The notes under the pieces are model-generated. The model was not told the origin of the DNA, did no database searches, and was given only the letters and a program-made list of their open reading frames with translations. DNA of 60,217 nt, counting the filler. It is 4 parts of 4 records of this genome, joined end to end, with 100 filler letters (N's around TTAATTAATTAA, not from the genome) between each part and the next. Parts side by side here need not be neighbours in the genome. Positions count along the whole stretch, not along the records: positions 38,593 to 44,132 come from SRR31156797_541; positions 44,233 to 60,217 come from SRR31156797_543; 2 more parts are not named here. One strand, given 5' to 3'. The translations under genes were made by a program, and so were the position numbers. The stretch's first letter is position 1, and each line of letters begins with the position of its first letter. Positions 38,594 through 47,910 of this stretch are shown one piece after another.

Positions 38594-40891
38594 AAACCAA
38601 GTGTTGCCAAAGAAATTGCCCATGTAATTGGTGCAAATCAGCGAAGGGACGGCTATTTTGAGGGAAATGGTTACCAGGTTACCTGGACTTTTGGTCATTT
38701 TTGTACGCTCTGGCCTCCTGAAGATTACAATCCGAATTGGAAACGTTGGGATTTAGCCACGCTTCCCATGCTTCCCGAACGATTTGAAACAAAAGTAATT
38801 TCAGGCGACAGTGGGGTTAAAAAGCAGTTCAATATCATTAAAAATTTATTCAGTAAAGCTACCCTTGTTATAAACTGCGGTGATGCGGGGCAGGAGGGAG
38901 AACTTATACAAAGATGGGTGATAAAACAAGCGGGTTATTCAGGAGAAGTAAAACGGCTCTGGATTTCGTCGTTAACAACCGAAGCAATTCGTGAAGGATT
39001 TACAAAATTAAAACCAGCCTCTGCGTTTGATAATTTATTTTTTGCAGGCAGCTCGCGCGCAATTGGTGACTGGCTCCTGGGAATGAACGCCACCCGGCTT
39101 TACACGCTTAAATTTGGTGGATATAAACAGGTGCTTTCCATTGGTCGTGTGCAAACGCCAACCCTGGCAATGCTTGTAACAAGGCATTACGAAATTAAAA
39201 ATTTTATCCCACAACCGTATTGGGAATTACAAACCGTTTACCGCGAAATTATTTTTAATAATACAGAAGGAAGATTTTTTACAAAAGAGGATGGTGAAAA
39301 GTTATTGAACCTTGTAAAAGATAAAGATTTAGTCATTACCGGAATAGAGAAAAAGGAAGGGAAAGAGTACGCTCCGAAATTATTCGATTTAACCAGTTTG
39401 CAGGTATATTGTAATAATAAATTTGGTTTTTCTGCCGACGAAACGTTGAAAACAATTCAGCGACTGTACGAAATGAAAACAGTGACTTATCCGCGTGTAG
39501 ACACCACTTTTTTACCCAACGATGTTTATCCAAAAATTCCGGCCATTCTGAAAGGACTGAAGGAGTATGAAAATTTCACGGCGCTCTTGTTGAAGAAAAA
39601 AATCAGAAAACCAACAAAGGTTTTTAACGATAAAAAAGTAACCGACCACCACGCAATTATTCCAACCGGCGAAGAGAAATTACTTGGTGGAAACGAGAAG
39701 CTTGTTTATGATAGTATAGTTCGAAGATTTTTGGCTGTTTTTTACCCCGATTGCAAAGTAGCTAAAACGCAGGTAAATGCTATCGTTGAAACTGTAAAGT
39801 TTGTTGCCAGTGGAAAAGAAATTCTTGAAGCGGGTTGGCGGATTCTTTTTCAAAAAGAGAGTAAAGAGGAAAGTGACGATAAAACCGAAGTTGAAGAGGG
39901 TATTTTGCCTTCATTTGAAAAGGGGGAACACGGTTCTCATGAACCAAAATTTACGGAGAAAACCACCAAACCACCTAATTATTATACCGAAGCTTCTTTG
40001 TTACGTGCAATGGAAACGGCAGGCAAACAAGTGGAAGACGAGGAACTGCGCGATTTAATGAAAGCCAACGGAATTGGCCGTCCGTCTACCCGCGCCGCTA
40101 TAATCGAAACTTTGTTCCGTAGAAAATATACACAACGCAGAAAAAAACAGGTGCTGCCCACCGAAATGGGAATTCAGTTAATTGACACCATTCAAAATGA
40201 GTTGCTAAAATCTGCTGAATTGACTGGTCAATGGGAAAAACAATTACGCGATATTGAATCGGGGGATTACAATGCCAAAACTTTTATTCTGGAGATGAAA
40301 CGAATGGTGTACGATTTGGTTGTTGAAGTGCTAAAAGAAAAAAACACAGTGCGGCTGGCAGCTCCGCAAACAGAAACAAAAAAATCTCCTGTAAAAAAAG
40401 CAAAATCACAACCGGCCAAAGCGGGCGATTCATTGGCAGTTTGTCCGAAATGTTTAAAAGGAAAAATCCTAAAAGGAAAAAATGCGTACGGTTGTAGTAA
40501 CTGGAAAGATGGATGCGATTTTCGCCTGCCTTTTGTTTTTATGGGAAAAAAAATCAGCGAAAATCAAATCAAAAGGTTGCTTGAAAAAAAATCTACAACA
40601 AAGTTAAAAGGTTTTGTAGTTGGTGATGAAAAAGTAGAAGGAATTTTAAAACTAACCGAAACTTTGAATATTGAATTTGAAAACCTGAATCCGGTTTCGC
40701 AAAAGAAAGATAGCGGAATGCCCACTTGCCCGAAATGCGGAAAAGGGACGCTTATAAAAGGAAAATCAGCTTACGGTTGCAGTCGCTGGAAAGCAGGTTG
40801 CGATTTTCGGTTTTCTTTTGAGGCTATTCGTAAAAAAGCAAACGGGAAACCACTAACCCGGGAGTTGGTAATGAAGATTTTGAGTTCTTAA
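38594..40891 (+). CDS. topB: DNA topoisomerase III (type IA); first few codons cut off by the contig start
   Basis: Frame open from the contig edge (KPSVAKEIA..TWTFGH); DAGQEGE, GRVQTP, catalytic TYPRVD, HHAIIPT, GIGRPSTRA; two C-terminal CPKC...YGCS.WK.GCDF zinc-ribbon repeats. Confidence 0.93.
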   Translation, partial: KPSVAKEIAHVIGANQRRDGYFEGNGYQVTWTFGHFCTLWPPEDYNPNWKRWDLATLPMLPERFETKVISGDSGVKKQFNIIKNLFSKATLVINCGDAGQEGELIQRWVIKQAGYSGEVKRLWISSLTTEAIREGFTKLKPASAFDNLFFAGSSRAIGDWLLGMNATRLYTLKFGGYKQVLSIGRVQTPTLAMLVTRHYEIKNFIPQPYWELQTVYREIIFNNTEGRFFTKEDGEKLLNLVKDKDLVITGIEKKEGKEYAPKLFDLTSLQVYCNNKFGFSADETLKTIQRLYEMKTVTYPRVDTTFLPNDVYPKIPAILKGLKEYENFTALLLKKKIRKPTKVFNDKKVTDHHAIIPTGEEKLLGGNEKLVYDSIVRRFLAVFYPDCKVAKTQVNAIVETVKFVASGKEILEAGWRILFQKESKEESDDKTEVEEGILPSFEKGEHGSHEPKFTEKTTKPPNYYTEASLLRAMETAGKQVEDEELRDLMKANGIGRPSTRAAIIETLFRRKYTQRRKKQVLPTEMGIQLIDTIQNELLKSAELTGQWEKQLRDIESGDYNAKTFILEMKRMVYDLVVEVLKEKNTVRLAAPQTETKKSPVKKAKSQPAKAGDSLAVCPKCLKGKILKGKNAYGCSNWKDGCDFRLPFVFMGKKISENQIKRLLEKKSTTKLKGFVVGDEKVEGILKLTETLNIEFENLNPVSQKKDSGMPTCPKCGKGTLIKGKSAYGCSRWKAGCDFRFSFEAIRKKANGKPLTRELVMKILSS

Positions 40892-41015
40892 TTTGGATAT
40901 GAAAAGTATAATAATTTTTATTTGAGTTATTTTTTTTGTGGATGCTCAACTGGGCTTTCAATATTTTATTTTTAAACTTTCAGTATATTCGGAAATAATA
41001 TAAAAATCCTTTTAA

Positions 41016-42338
41016 ATGATATTTAAATTGAATTTAATTCTTTTAGCAATGACCATTCAAATAACTGCATTTTCACAAATTCAAAATAAAATAGAGGCAG
41101 AAGCACAAAAACAAACCGGGTATGCATTAAAACTGTGTAAACAATTGCACCAGAATCCGGAGCTTTCTTTTCATGAATTTGAAACCTCTAAAAAAATGGC
41201 CAATGAATTGGAAAAAGCCGGATTTGAAGTTACCCGTAATTTTGGCGGTAACAATGTAGTAGGTATATTTAAAAATGGTGATGGCCCCGTTGTAATGTTA
41301 CGAACCGATATGGATGCATTACCGGTTGAGGAGATAACAAACTTTGAATTTGCAAGCACAAAAACAGCTGAAAACACAAATGGCGATGAAGTTCCGGTAA
41401 TGCACGCCTGTGGACACGATATTCATATGTCGGTGTGGGCTGGCACAATTCATACATTAGTTGCTTTAAAAGACCAATGGAAAGGAACTTTAATGGTAAT
41501 TGCCCAGCAGGCAGAAGAATTTAGCGGTGGTGCCGGGCTGGCCATTGAAACCGGGTTATTTGAAAAATTCCCTGTACCCGATTATGCAATGGCATATCAT
41601 ATAAATCCGGAATTGGAATCGGGGAAAATTGGTTTAGTTGGAGGACCAGTTTTTGCTGGCGTTAAAACGGTTGAAATTTCAGTATATGGAAAAGGAGGAC
41701 ATGGTGCTTATCCTGAAAAATGTATCGACCCAATTGTAATTGCATCACGAATTGTATTAGACCTGCAAACCATTGTAAGCAGAGAAATTAGCCCGTTGGA
41801 ACCGGTGGTTATTACCGTTGGGTCTATTCATGGAGGTACACGTCCGAATATTATTCCCGATGAAGTTAAAATGGAACTTACGTTGAGGTACTATTCCGAC
41901 GAAGCCATTGAAAAAGTAATCTCTGCTATCGAAAGAATCAGTAAATCGGCTGCCGTAATGGCGGGAATGCCCAATGACGAATTGCCAATGGTAAATGTTT
42001 CTCCTGCCGATACTCCACCGGTTTTAAATAATACCGGGTTAAGCAATAAAATTAATGAATTTGCTTCTGAAATAATTTCGACTGAAAATATTGTAGAAGT
42101 TTCTCCGGCAATGGTGGGTGAAGATTTTGGGAAATATGGCCGTACTCCCGAAAATGTGCCAATTTGTTTAATCTGGCTGGGAAGTACCAATTCTGAGGTA
42201 ATGAAAGAACTGCTGGCAAAAGGCCAACAACCTGCGCCACTTCATTCTCCGCTTTTAAATCCCGATTATGAAAAAACCATAGAAACAGGAATAAAAGTAA
42301 TGACCGGAAATGTAATTGGTTTGTTAGGAGTAAATTAA
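41016..42338 (+). CDS. M20D family amidohydrolase with signal peptide
   Basis: HQNPELSFHE, RTDMDALP, MHACGHD, AEE, GGHGAYP, GEDFG, LHSP. Confidence 0.9.
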   Translation: MIFKLNLILLAMTIQITAFSQIQNKIEAEAQKQTGYALKLCKQLHQNPELSFHEFETSKKMANELEKAGFEVTRNFGGNNVVGIFKNGDGPVVMLRTDMDALPVEEITNFEFASTKTAENTNGDEVPVMHACGHDIHMSVWAGTIHTLVALKDQWKGTLMVIAQQAEEFSGGAGLAIETGLFEKFPVPDYAMAYHINPELESGKIGLVGGPVFAGVKTVEISVYGKGGHGAYPEKCIDPIVIASRIVLDLQTIVSREISPLEPVVITVGSIHGGTRPNIIPDEVKMELTLRYYSDEAIEKVISAIERISKSAAVMAGMPNDELPMVNVSPADTPPVLNNTGLSNKINEFASEIISTENIVEVSPAMVGEDFGKYGRTPENVPICLIWLGSTNSEVMKELLAKGQQPAPLHSPLLNPDYEKTIETGIKVMTGNVIGLLGVN

Positions 42339-42389
42339 TATTTCTGTAAATTCAACATTTACTGATTCAGTATTTTAAAAAAGTAAGAA

Positions 42390-43661
42390 ATGAAAAAAAT
42401 AGCCTTTTTAGTATTTTTTGTAATGGCAATTCAGGTGGTTTGGTCGCAAAAGGAACCCAATTACGATGAAAGTAAGATGCCGGTTTTTGATTTACCCAAT
42501 CCTTTAAAAACATTTAATGGCAAAAAAATTAGAAATTCAAAAAAGTGGATAAATAAAGGCCGGCCGGAATTATTACAGTTTTTTGAAAAGAATGTTTACG
42601 GTGAAGTTCCGGGCGAATTAGGAATTTATTCAGCTGAAATTGTTGAACAAAGAAATAATGCTTTTAACGGAAAAGCTAAACGCCGACAAGTAGAACTTAC
42701 TTTTCAAAAAGATGGAAAAACGCTTGGGGTTTTTATGCTAATTTATTTGCCCGTAAATGTTGAAAAGGCACCCCTGTTTTTAGGTTATAATTTTTATGGA
42801 AATCATACCATAACAAACGATGTTGACGTATTAATTTCGGAAGCCTGGGCAATGGATAATCCATCATTCGGTATTGTTCATAATCAATTAACGGAACAAT
42901 CGAGAGGGGTAAGTACCGATAATTGGGCAGTAGAAAAAATGCTGAATTCAGGTATCGGATTGGCGACCATTTATTATGGTGAAATAGATCCCGATAAAAA
43001 TAATTTTTCTGATGGTGTTCATCCGTTTTTTTATGTAGATAGTCAACAACAACCGGCTTCGTCGGAGTGGGGTAGTATTGCTGCATGGGCATGGGGATTA
43101 AGCAGAGCAATGGATTATCTCGAAACTTCAGATGAAATTAATGCCGAACAAGTAATTGTTTTTGGCCATTCGCGCTTGGGAAAAACGGCATTGTGGGCAG
43201 GTGCTACCGATGAACGTTTTGCAGGCGTAATTTCGAATAATTCGGGCTGTGGGGGTGCAGCTCTTTTAAAACGAAAAATTGGGGAAACAGTGCAAACAAT
43301 GAATAATTATTTTCCGCATTGGTTTTGTAAAAACTTCAGGTATTATAATAATAACGAAAAAGCTTTACCAGTCGATCAACATGAATTGCTTGCCTTAATT
43401 GCACCACGCCCATTGTATGTAGCAAGCGCTGAAGAAGATAAGTGGGCCGATCCAAAAGGCGAATTTTTATCGGCTTTTTATGCTTCTTCTGTTTATAAAC
43501 TTTTTGGTTTACAGGGAATTCAATCTGAGAATATGCCTGAAATAAATGTACCGGTTCAGAATACTGTGGCTTATCACATTCGTTCAGGAAAACATGATAT
43601 TACCGATTTCGATTGGGAACAATATATAAAGTGGGCCAAAGAACAGGTTTTAAAGGATTAG
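42390..43661 (+). CDS. CE15-like (glucuronoyl/acetylxylan) esterase, secreted
   Basis: Signal peptide, AWAWG.SRAMDYL, GHSRLGK nucleophile elbow, DQHELLALIAPRP, WADPKGE, GKHD. Confidence 0.82.
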   Translation: MKKIAFLVFFVMAIQVVWSQKEPNYDESKMPVFDLPNPLKTFNGKKIRNSKKWINKGRPELLQFFEKNVYGEVPGELGIYSAEIVEQRNNAFNGKAKRRQVELTFQKDGKTLGVFMLIYLPVNVEKAPLFLGYNFYGNHTITNDVDVLISEAWAMDNPSFGIVHNQLTEQSRGVSTDNWAVEKMLNSGIGLATIYYGEIDPDKNNFSDGVHPFFYVDSQQQPASSEWGSIAAWAWGLSRAMDYLETSDEINAEQVIVFGHSRLGKTALWAGATDERFAGVISNNSGCGGAALLKRKIGETVQTMNNYFPHWFCKNFRYYNNNEKALPVDQHELLALIAPRPLYVASAEEDKWADPKGEFLSAFYASSVYKLFGLQGIQSENMPEINVPVQNTVAYHIRSGKHDITDFDWEQYIKWAKEQVLKD

Positions 43662-43673
43662 TATAAAGATTTA

Positions 43674-43701
43674 TTTTTCATCCTTTATCCTTTTCCCTTT
43701 A
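43674..43701 (+). repeat. Short pyrimidine-rich 7-nt degenerate repeat
   Basis: TTTTTCA TCCTTTA TCCTTTT CCCTTTA in an intergenic gap. Confidence 0.3.
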
Positions 43702-43783
43702 CTGCTATCTTTTCTCCATTTATTTGAATCCTCATTCATTTGTGTTAATTTAGAAACCGATTAAACCATTAATTACGAATGCA

Positions 43784-44132
43784 ATGAAACTGTATTGTTT
43801 TCTGATTGTATTATTTTTTATTGTCTCCTGTAAAAACACTGAACATAAAACAAAATCACTTTTTAATGGATCGGATTTAACCGGTTGGCATATCGATGTT
43901 CCGGCAATGGATGAAACCCCGGATACTATAAATCCATTTATTGTAAGGAATGGATTATTGGTAAGTTTAGGAACTCCCGGAGGTCATTTGATTACCGATT
44001 CTGTTTATCAGAATTATCGTTTGGATGTAGAATACAGGTTTGCAGGTGAACCTGGAAATTGTGGGATTTTGGTTCATGCATCAACTCCTCGTGCATTATA
44101 TAAAATGTTTCCAAAATCGTTGGAAGTTCAGG
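43784..44132 (+). CDS. DUF1080 (3-keto-disaccharide hydrolase) lipoprotein, truncated by contig end
   Basis: Lipobox VSC, LFNGSDLTGW, L.VEYRF...GNCG, EVQ. Confidence 0.82.
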
Positions 44133-44232
44133 NNNNNNNNNNNNNNNNNNNNNNNNNNNNNNNNNNNNNNNNNNNNTTAATTAATTAANNNNNNNNNNNN
44201 NNNNNNNNNNNNNNNNNNNNNNNNNNNNNNNN
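44133..44232. other. Artificial contig-joining spacer
   Basis: 44 N + TTAATTAATTAA + 44 N. Confidence 0.97.
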
Positions 44233-44325
44233 GAATTCATGGGTGGCCTCATCCAGTCCCAGTTTCTCCGCTGCATTATCCAGTTGTTTTTGGGCAATAT
44301 GGAAAGGGTTCAGGCTTTCTTTCAT
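44233..44325 (-). CDS. Glu/Leu/Phe/Val (glutamate) dehydrogenase, first 31 codons only (not in the ORF track)
   Basis: Translates MKESLNPFHIAQKQLDNAAEKLGLDEATHEF, a typical GDH N-terminus; ATG overlaps the GATase TGA. Confidence 0.65.
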
Positions 44326-45041
44326 TCTTTGCTCCTGTTTTTGAATTCTTGGTCCATATTGTCAAGGATTGTCGCCATCAACCAGTATGTATCCGGGATT
44401 TTCTGGGTCTGATCGAGGACGGTTTCCTTGCCCGAAACAAACTTTCCCTTTATCCACCGGTGACCGTATTTCCTGGCAAAAAAGTCGGCCATTTCACGGG
44501 TAATTTCGGGATGAAACTGCAGGCCCGCCAAAGGACGATCTTTGCAGATAAAGGCCTGGTTTGAAGTCGGTTCGCTTTGGGCCAGGCGGGTGCAGCAGGG
44601 GGGCAGGGAGAAATGATCGCCGTGCCAGTGAAAAGTGAGAAACTTTTTTGGAATATTCTTGAAAAGGAACGATTTTTCCCCTTCAGGCGTTAAAGAAACG
44701 TCGAACCATCCGATTTCCGGTTCCTTGTTGCGGAAAACCTCCCCACCCAGGGCTTCGGCCATGAGTTGAGTTCCGAAACAGATGCCCAGGATAATCTTTT
44801 CCCGCTCCAGCGACTCGGCGATGAATGCCTTTTCGGGAACGAGCCACGGGTGTTTTTTCTCATCCCATGCATGCTGGGAGCCGCCCATGATGATCAGCCA
44901 GTCAAAATCATCGCATGAGGGGAGCTTTTCGTTGTTGCAGAGATATGTTTCAGCGATCTCATACCCTTTTTCCTGGGACCAGATGGCGATGTTATCCGGT
45001 GAAAAATCGACTGGATCGTGTTGTAACAGATGGATTTTCAT
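44322..45041 (-). CDS. Class I glutamine amidotransferase-like hydrolase, copy 1
   Basis: MGG, GICFG (Cys nucleophile), EIGW, WHGD, QFHPE (His-Glu). Confidence 0.9.
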   Translation of the reverse strand: MKIHLLQHDPVDFSPDNIAIWSQEKGYEIAETYLCNNEKLPSCDDFDWLIIMGGSQHAWDEKKHPWLVPEKAFIAESLEREKIILGICFGTQLMAEALGGEVFRNKEPEIGWFDVSLTPEGEKSFLFKNIPKKFLTFHWHGDHFSLPPCCTRLAQSEPTSNQAFICKDRPLAGLQFHPEITREMADFFARKYGHRWIKGKFVSGKETVLDQTQKIPDTYWLMATILDNMDQEFKNRSKE

Positions 45042-45130
45042 GAATACTCATGGTTGTGCGCCGCCTGGTTCAAGCCCGGTAAGCAGGTGGCGTGAGGATA
45101 AGAAAAATGAGCCATACAAAGATTATATCA

Positions 45131-45313
45131 TCACGATCGATTTTTGCAAAGCAGAACGGATTCGGACAAAAAAAACCCATAACAATCATCCTGCTTAAGG
45201 CCTGTCAGGGAGTATCCGGATATGGTCCTGAGGGCCGTGGTTGCACCGGTGCCATTGCCCACTATAATGGTCGCAATTTCCCCGTTTTCCACATTTGCTT
45301 GTGTCGTCATCAT
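45131..45313 (-). pseudogene. Probable 5' remnant of an FAD/NAD-dependent oxidoreductase
   Basis: IATIIVGNGTGATTALRTI resembles a decayed IIGNGxAG.TA..TI Rossmann start; coherence is lost after about 40 codons. Confidence 0.3.
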
Positions 45314-45374
45314 GTCACCTTTTTTTATTGGCCGATGCTGTCAAAAATGCCCGTATTTCTTTTGTGAGGGAGAC

Positions 45375-46277
45375 CTAACAGATCGGGCAGGGAAACTGTC
45401 CGTATTCAATCAGGTAGGCGCTCAGAGTGACGGCCACCAGATCAGCTGAGCCGCCGGGGCTTAGACCTTGTGAAATCATGTTCCGATCCAGTTGTTTCAA
45501 TTTGCTCCGTCCCGCCTGCGTGAAAAGGCTCCCCGCCTTGATGATATCCAGGGAAGCCCTCTGAGTTTCCCGCAGTTTTGCCATGTTTGATCGCCAAACA
45601 ATGGTTGAATCCTCTGATCCGGCCATTATGGATATCAAGGTGTGAAGCAGACATTCGTTCAGCGCCAAACCCCGTTCCAAGGATTCCATAAGGGCCGGCA
45701 TTCCGAATTCCGAGACGGTTTGAAATCCGGATTCCACCTCCCCCCGAATGCCGGTTATGCCGTATTTCAGAAACAATTGCTCCCCGGCGGTCAATTTGGG
45801 TTTATCAACCTGCAGATGTTTTAACTCCCTCTCCACCAACCCTTCCGTGATACGCCTCACCTGCCTGAAAATGGCGTGTACGACCCGACTTTTTGCTTTG
45901 CGCGAAACCACGCCCGCGGCAGCGCAAAGAACGGCGCCTGAAAAGAGCAGCCCTCTCTGTGTGTTGATGTTTTTGGTGGAGTGTAACAATTCTTTTTCAA
46001 ATTCAACGCCTATTTTTCTCAAGGTGTTGAGTAGTTGTTTGATCTCGCCTTGATGGTTTCTGCCCGCCTGGGCTGAAATGTAGAAAGCCGGTGCGATAGC
46101 AGCCGAACTTGCCATGAACGTCATAATACTCATGTCCCCATGGGCGCCGGGTGAATCATGGCAAACCAGCCCGGGCTTATTAGCGGCGGCGGCTTCCAGG
46201 AGAACCCCTTTGAGGACAGCACCGCCGATTTCCCATGATCCGGGGTCGATTTCAAGGTCTTCTATTGTTTTTGGCAT
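45375..46277 (-). CDS. mdcB: Triphosphoribosyl-dephospho-CoA synthase (MdcB/CitG)
   Basis: KPGLV, GAHGDM, NTQRGLLF, TAGE, GIRGE, LSPGGSADL. Confidence 0.92.
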   Translation of the reverse strand: MPKTIEDLEIDPGSWEIGGAVLKGVLLEAAAANKPGLVCHDSPGAHGDMSIMTFMASSAAIAPAFYISAQAGRNHQGEIKQLLNTLRKIGVEFEKELLHSTKNINTQRGLLFSGAVLCAAAGVVSRKAKSRVVHAIFRQVRRITEGLVERELKHLQVDKPKLTAGEQLFLKYGITGIRGEVESGFQTVSEFGMPALMESLERGLALNECLLHTLISIMAGSEDSTIVWRSNMAKLRETQRASLDIIKAGSLFTQAGRSKLKQLDRNMISQGLSPGGSADLVAVTLSAYLIEYGQFPCPIC

Positions 46278-46987
46278 AAGGCCACCACTTCCGTTCTCGG
46301 GATCAATCGGACGGTTTTCAACCCTTTCCCAAGAATGAGGGCGTTGCCGTTCATTATTTCTTTGATGCTCACACCAAATCCGGAGGGGAGATCGATTTCA
46401 ATATCAACACGTAACCGATGACACTCTCCTATTGCCAATACCGATTTGGTAAAATCGAATAGGGTTGCCAAACGGGTTGCCTTTATCACGATATCCAGAT
46501 CGGAGCCTTCATGGGTATAGGGTTGGCCGGTATGGATTTCCAGCGCGGCCGATCCCCATACGCCCACTTCAAGACCCGCTTTTTGTCCGAAATCTTTAAT
46601 TGCGTGCAAAGCGGCCAGGCAGCCGGTTCTAACGCTTTTGTGGGATTTCAGTACCTGGTAGGGAGAGGTTACCGTTTCGATCTCCTTTTCGTGAATAAAC
46701 GTGGCCCCCCGCAGACGTCTACCCTTTTTGATGAAAGGGGATGAGAATCCTATCGGAACAAGGCCGTCACGTGTTTTACCTTCTTGGCGGCGAATGATCC
46801 CCGGCAACCAGGCGCCCCCGTATTTTTGAGCGATGAGTGTCGTCATAACCGGTGCTTCCGGTGCGTCTCCAAACCTGTCGAGATAAGATTTTACAGCCCC
46901 ATAACGGCCGGTTTTCGTTATCTCCACGAGATCGTGCCGTTTCAGTAACCGGAGATTTATGGCTGTTTGAGTTTCCATCCATACCAT
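46262..46987 (-). CDS. mdcG: Malonate decarboxylase holo-ACP synthase (phosphoribosyl-dephospho-CoA transferase)
   Basis: RHDL, PGIIRR, GVWGSAALE, SDLD, RVDIE; located in the mdc cluster. Confidence 0.88.
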   Translation of the reverse strand: MVWMETQTAINLRLLKRHDLVEITKTGRYGAVKSYLDRFGDAPEAPVMTTLIAQKYGGAWLPGIIRRQEGKTRDGLVPIGFSSPFIKKGRRLRGATFIHEKEIETVTSPYQVLKSHKSVRTGCLAALHAIKDFGQKAGLEVGVWGSAALEIHTGQPYTHEGSDLDIVIKATRLATLFDFTKSVLAIGECHRLRVDIEIDLPSGFGVSIKEIMNGNALILGKGLKTVRLIPRTEVVALCQKQ

Positions 46988-47022
46988 CAGGCCCCCAATT
47001 CTAAGGGCAAAAAAGGCGTTGG

Positions 47023-47910
47023 TTAGATGTAACGGGAGGCGATGGCCTCAAACTCTTTGTCCATACCATCGATTATTTCCGCGCGTATTTGACGCCCACC
47101 CCGTTTTTGACCGAGCAGGCCGCGGCCCCAGGGCCCCAGTTCATCCGTCCGGCCTTCGGCTTTGGCGGCTCTGATTGCATTTATATTTTCCAGCACGGCC
47201 CGGCGAAGATGATCAATATCCTCCACGATTTCTTCGACACCGCCCAACCGGTAAAAGAAATCCACACCTGCCGCAAAAACCGGATTGTCTTTGGCCAAAA
47301 TTTCGAGATTGTCCATGGGGATCTTGGTGATTCTGGAAATGCTGGTGAGCGGCATGACGTGAATCATGGTGTTGAATTTTTTTGAAAGGGAAATGATGCG
47401 GTCCGCCTGCAATCCGTGACACAGAAAACCACCACTGATGGCGCGTCCGATGATGACGGCCAGAACGGGATGGCCTATTTTTCTGGCTTTTGCAAGTGCC
47501 AACTGATATTCTCCGGTGGCTTTATGGATGCCGAGTATCTCCTCTTTTTTGCCGGCGCCGTTTCCCGGGGTGTCTACCAAGGCCACGATAGGCCGTTTTT
47601 CGGAAGGGGGTTTGTCCGCATCGGATTCAATGGTCCAATAAACCGCAATGGCCATTTTGTAAGCTTCCTCCAATCCGATCAATCCTGCAAACACCACCTT
47701 GAAACGAGGATTGACGACCCTTGCATCATTAGCAATCAGGGTTGCTTTTTGTTCTTCTAAAGTCCCTGTGCCGATGACCGCACAGGGGCCGATGTCCGGT
47801 TCGAACCGATGCCCCTGGATGACGTTCTCCTCGAAAGAATCGGCGTCTGCAATTAACGCCATGGCTTTCCTTCCCATACCTATCAAACTGTTACGGCTCA
47901 CGGGCATCAA
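47023..47910 (-). CDS. mdcE: Biotin-independent malonate decarboxylase gamma subunit
   Basis: RPIVALVDTPG, EE.LG, GHPV, GRAISGGFLCHGLQA, HVM. Confidence 0.88.
   Translation of the reverse strand: MMPVSRNSLIGMGRKAMALIADADSFEENVIQGHRFEPDIGPCAVIGTGTLEEQKATLIANDARVVNPRFKVVFAGLIGLEEAYKMAIAVYWTIESDADKPPSEKRPIVALVDTPGNGAGKKEEILGIHKATGEYQLALAKARKIGHPVLAVIIGRAISGGFLCHGLQADRIISLSKKFNTMIHVMPLTSISRITKIPMDNLEILAKDNPVFAAGVDFFYRLGGVEEIVEDIDHLRRAVLENINAIRAAKAEGRTDELGPWGRGLLGQKRGGRQIRAEIIDGMDKEFEAIASRYI

Noticed and set aside
40435-40815. Two similar Cys-rich repeats at the end of topB
   Set aside because: Ordinary C-terminal zinc-ribbon repeats of type IA topoisomerases
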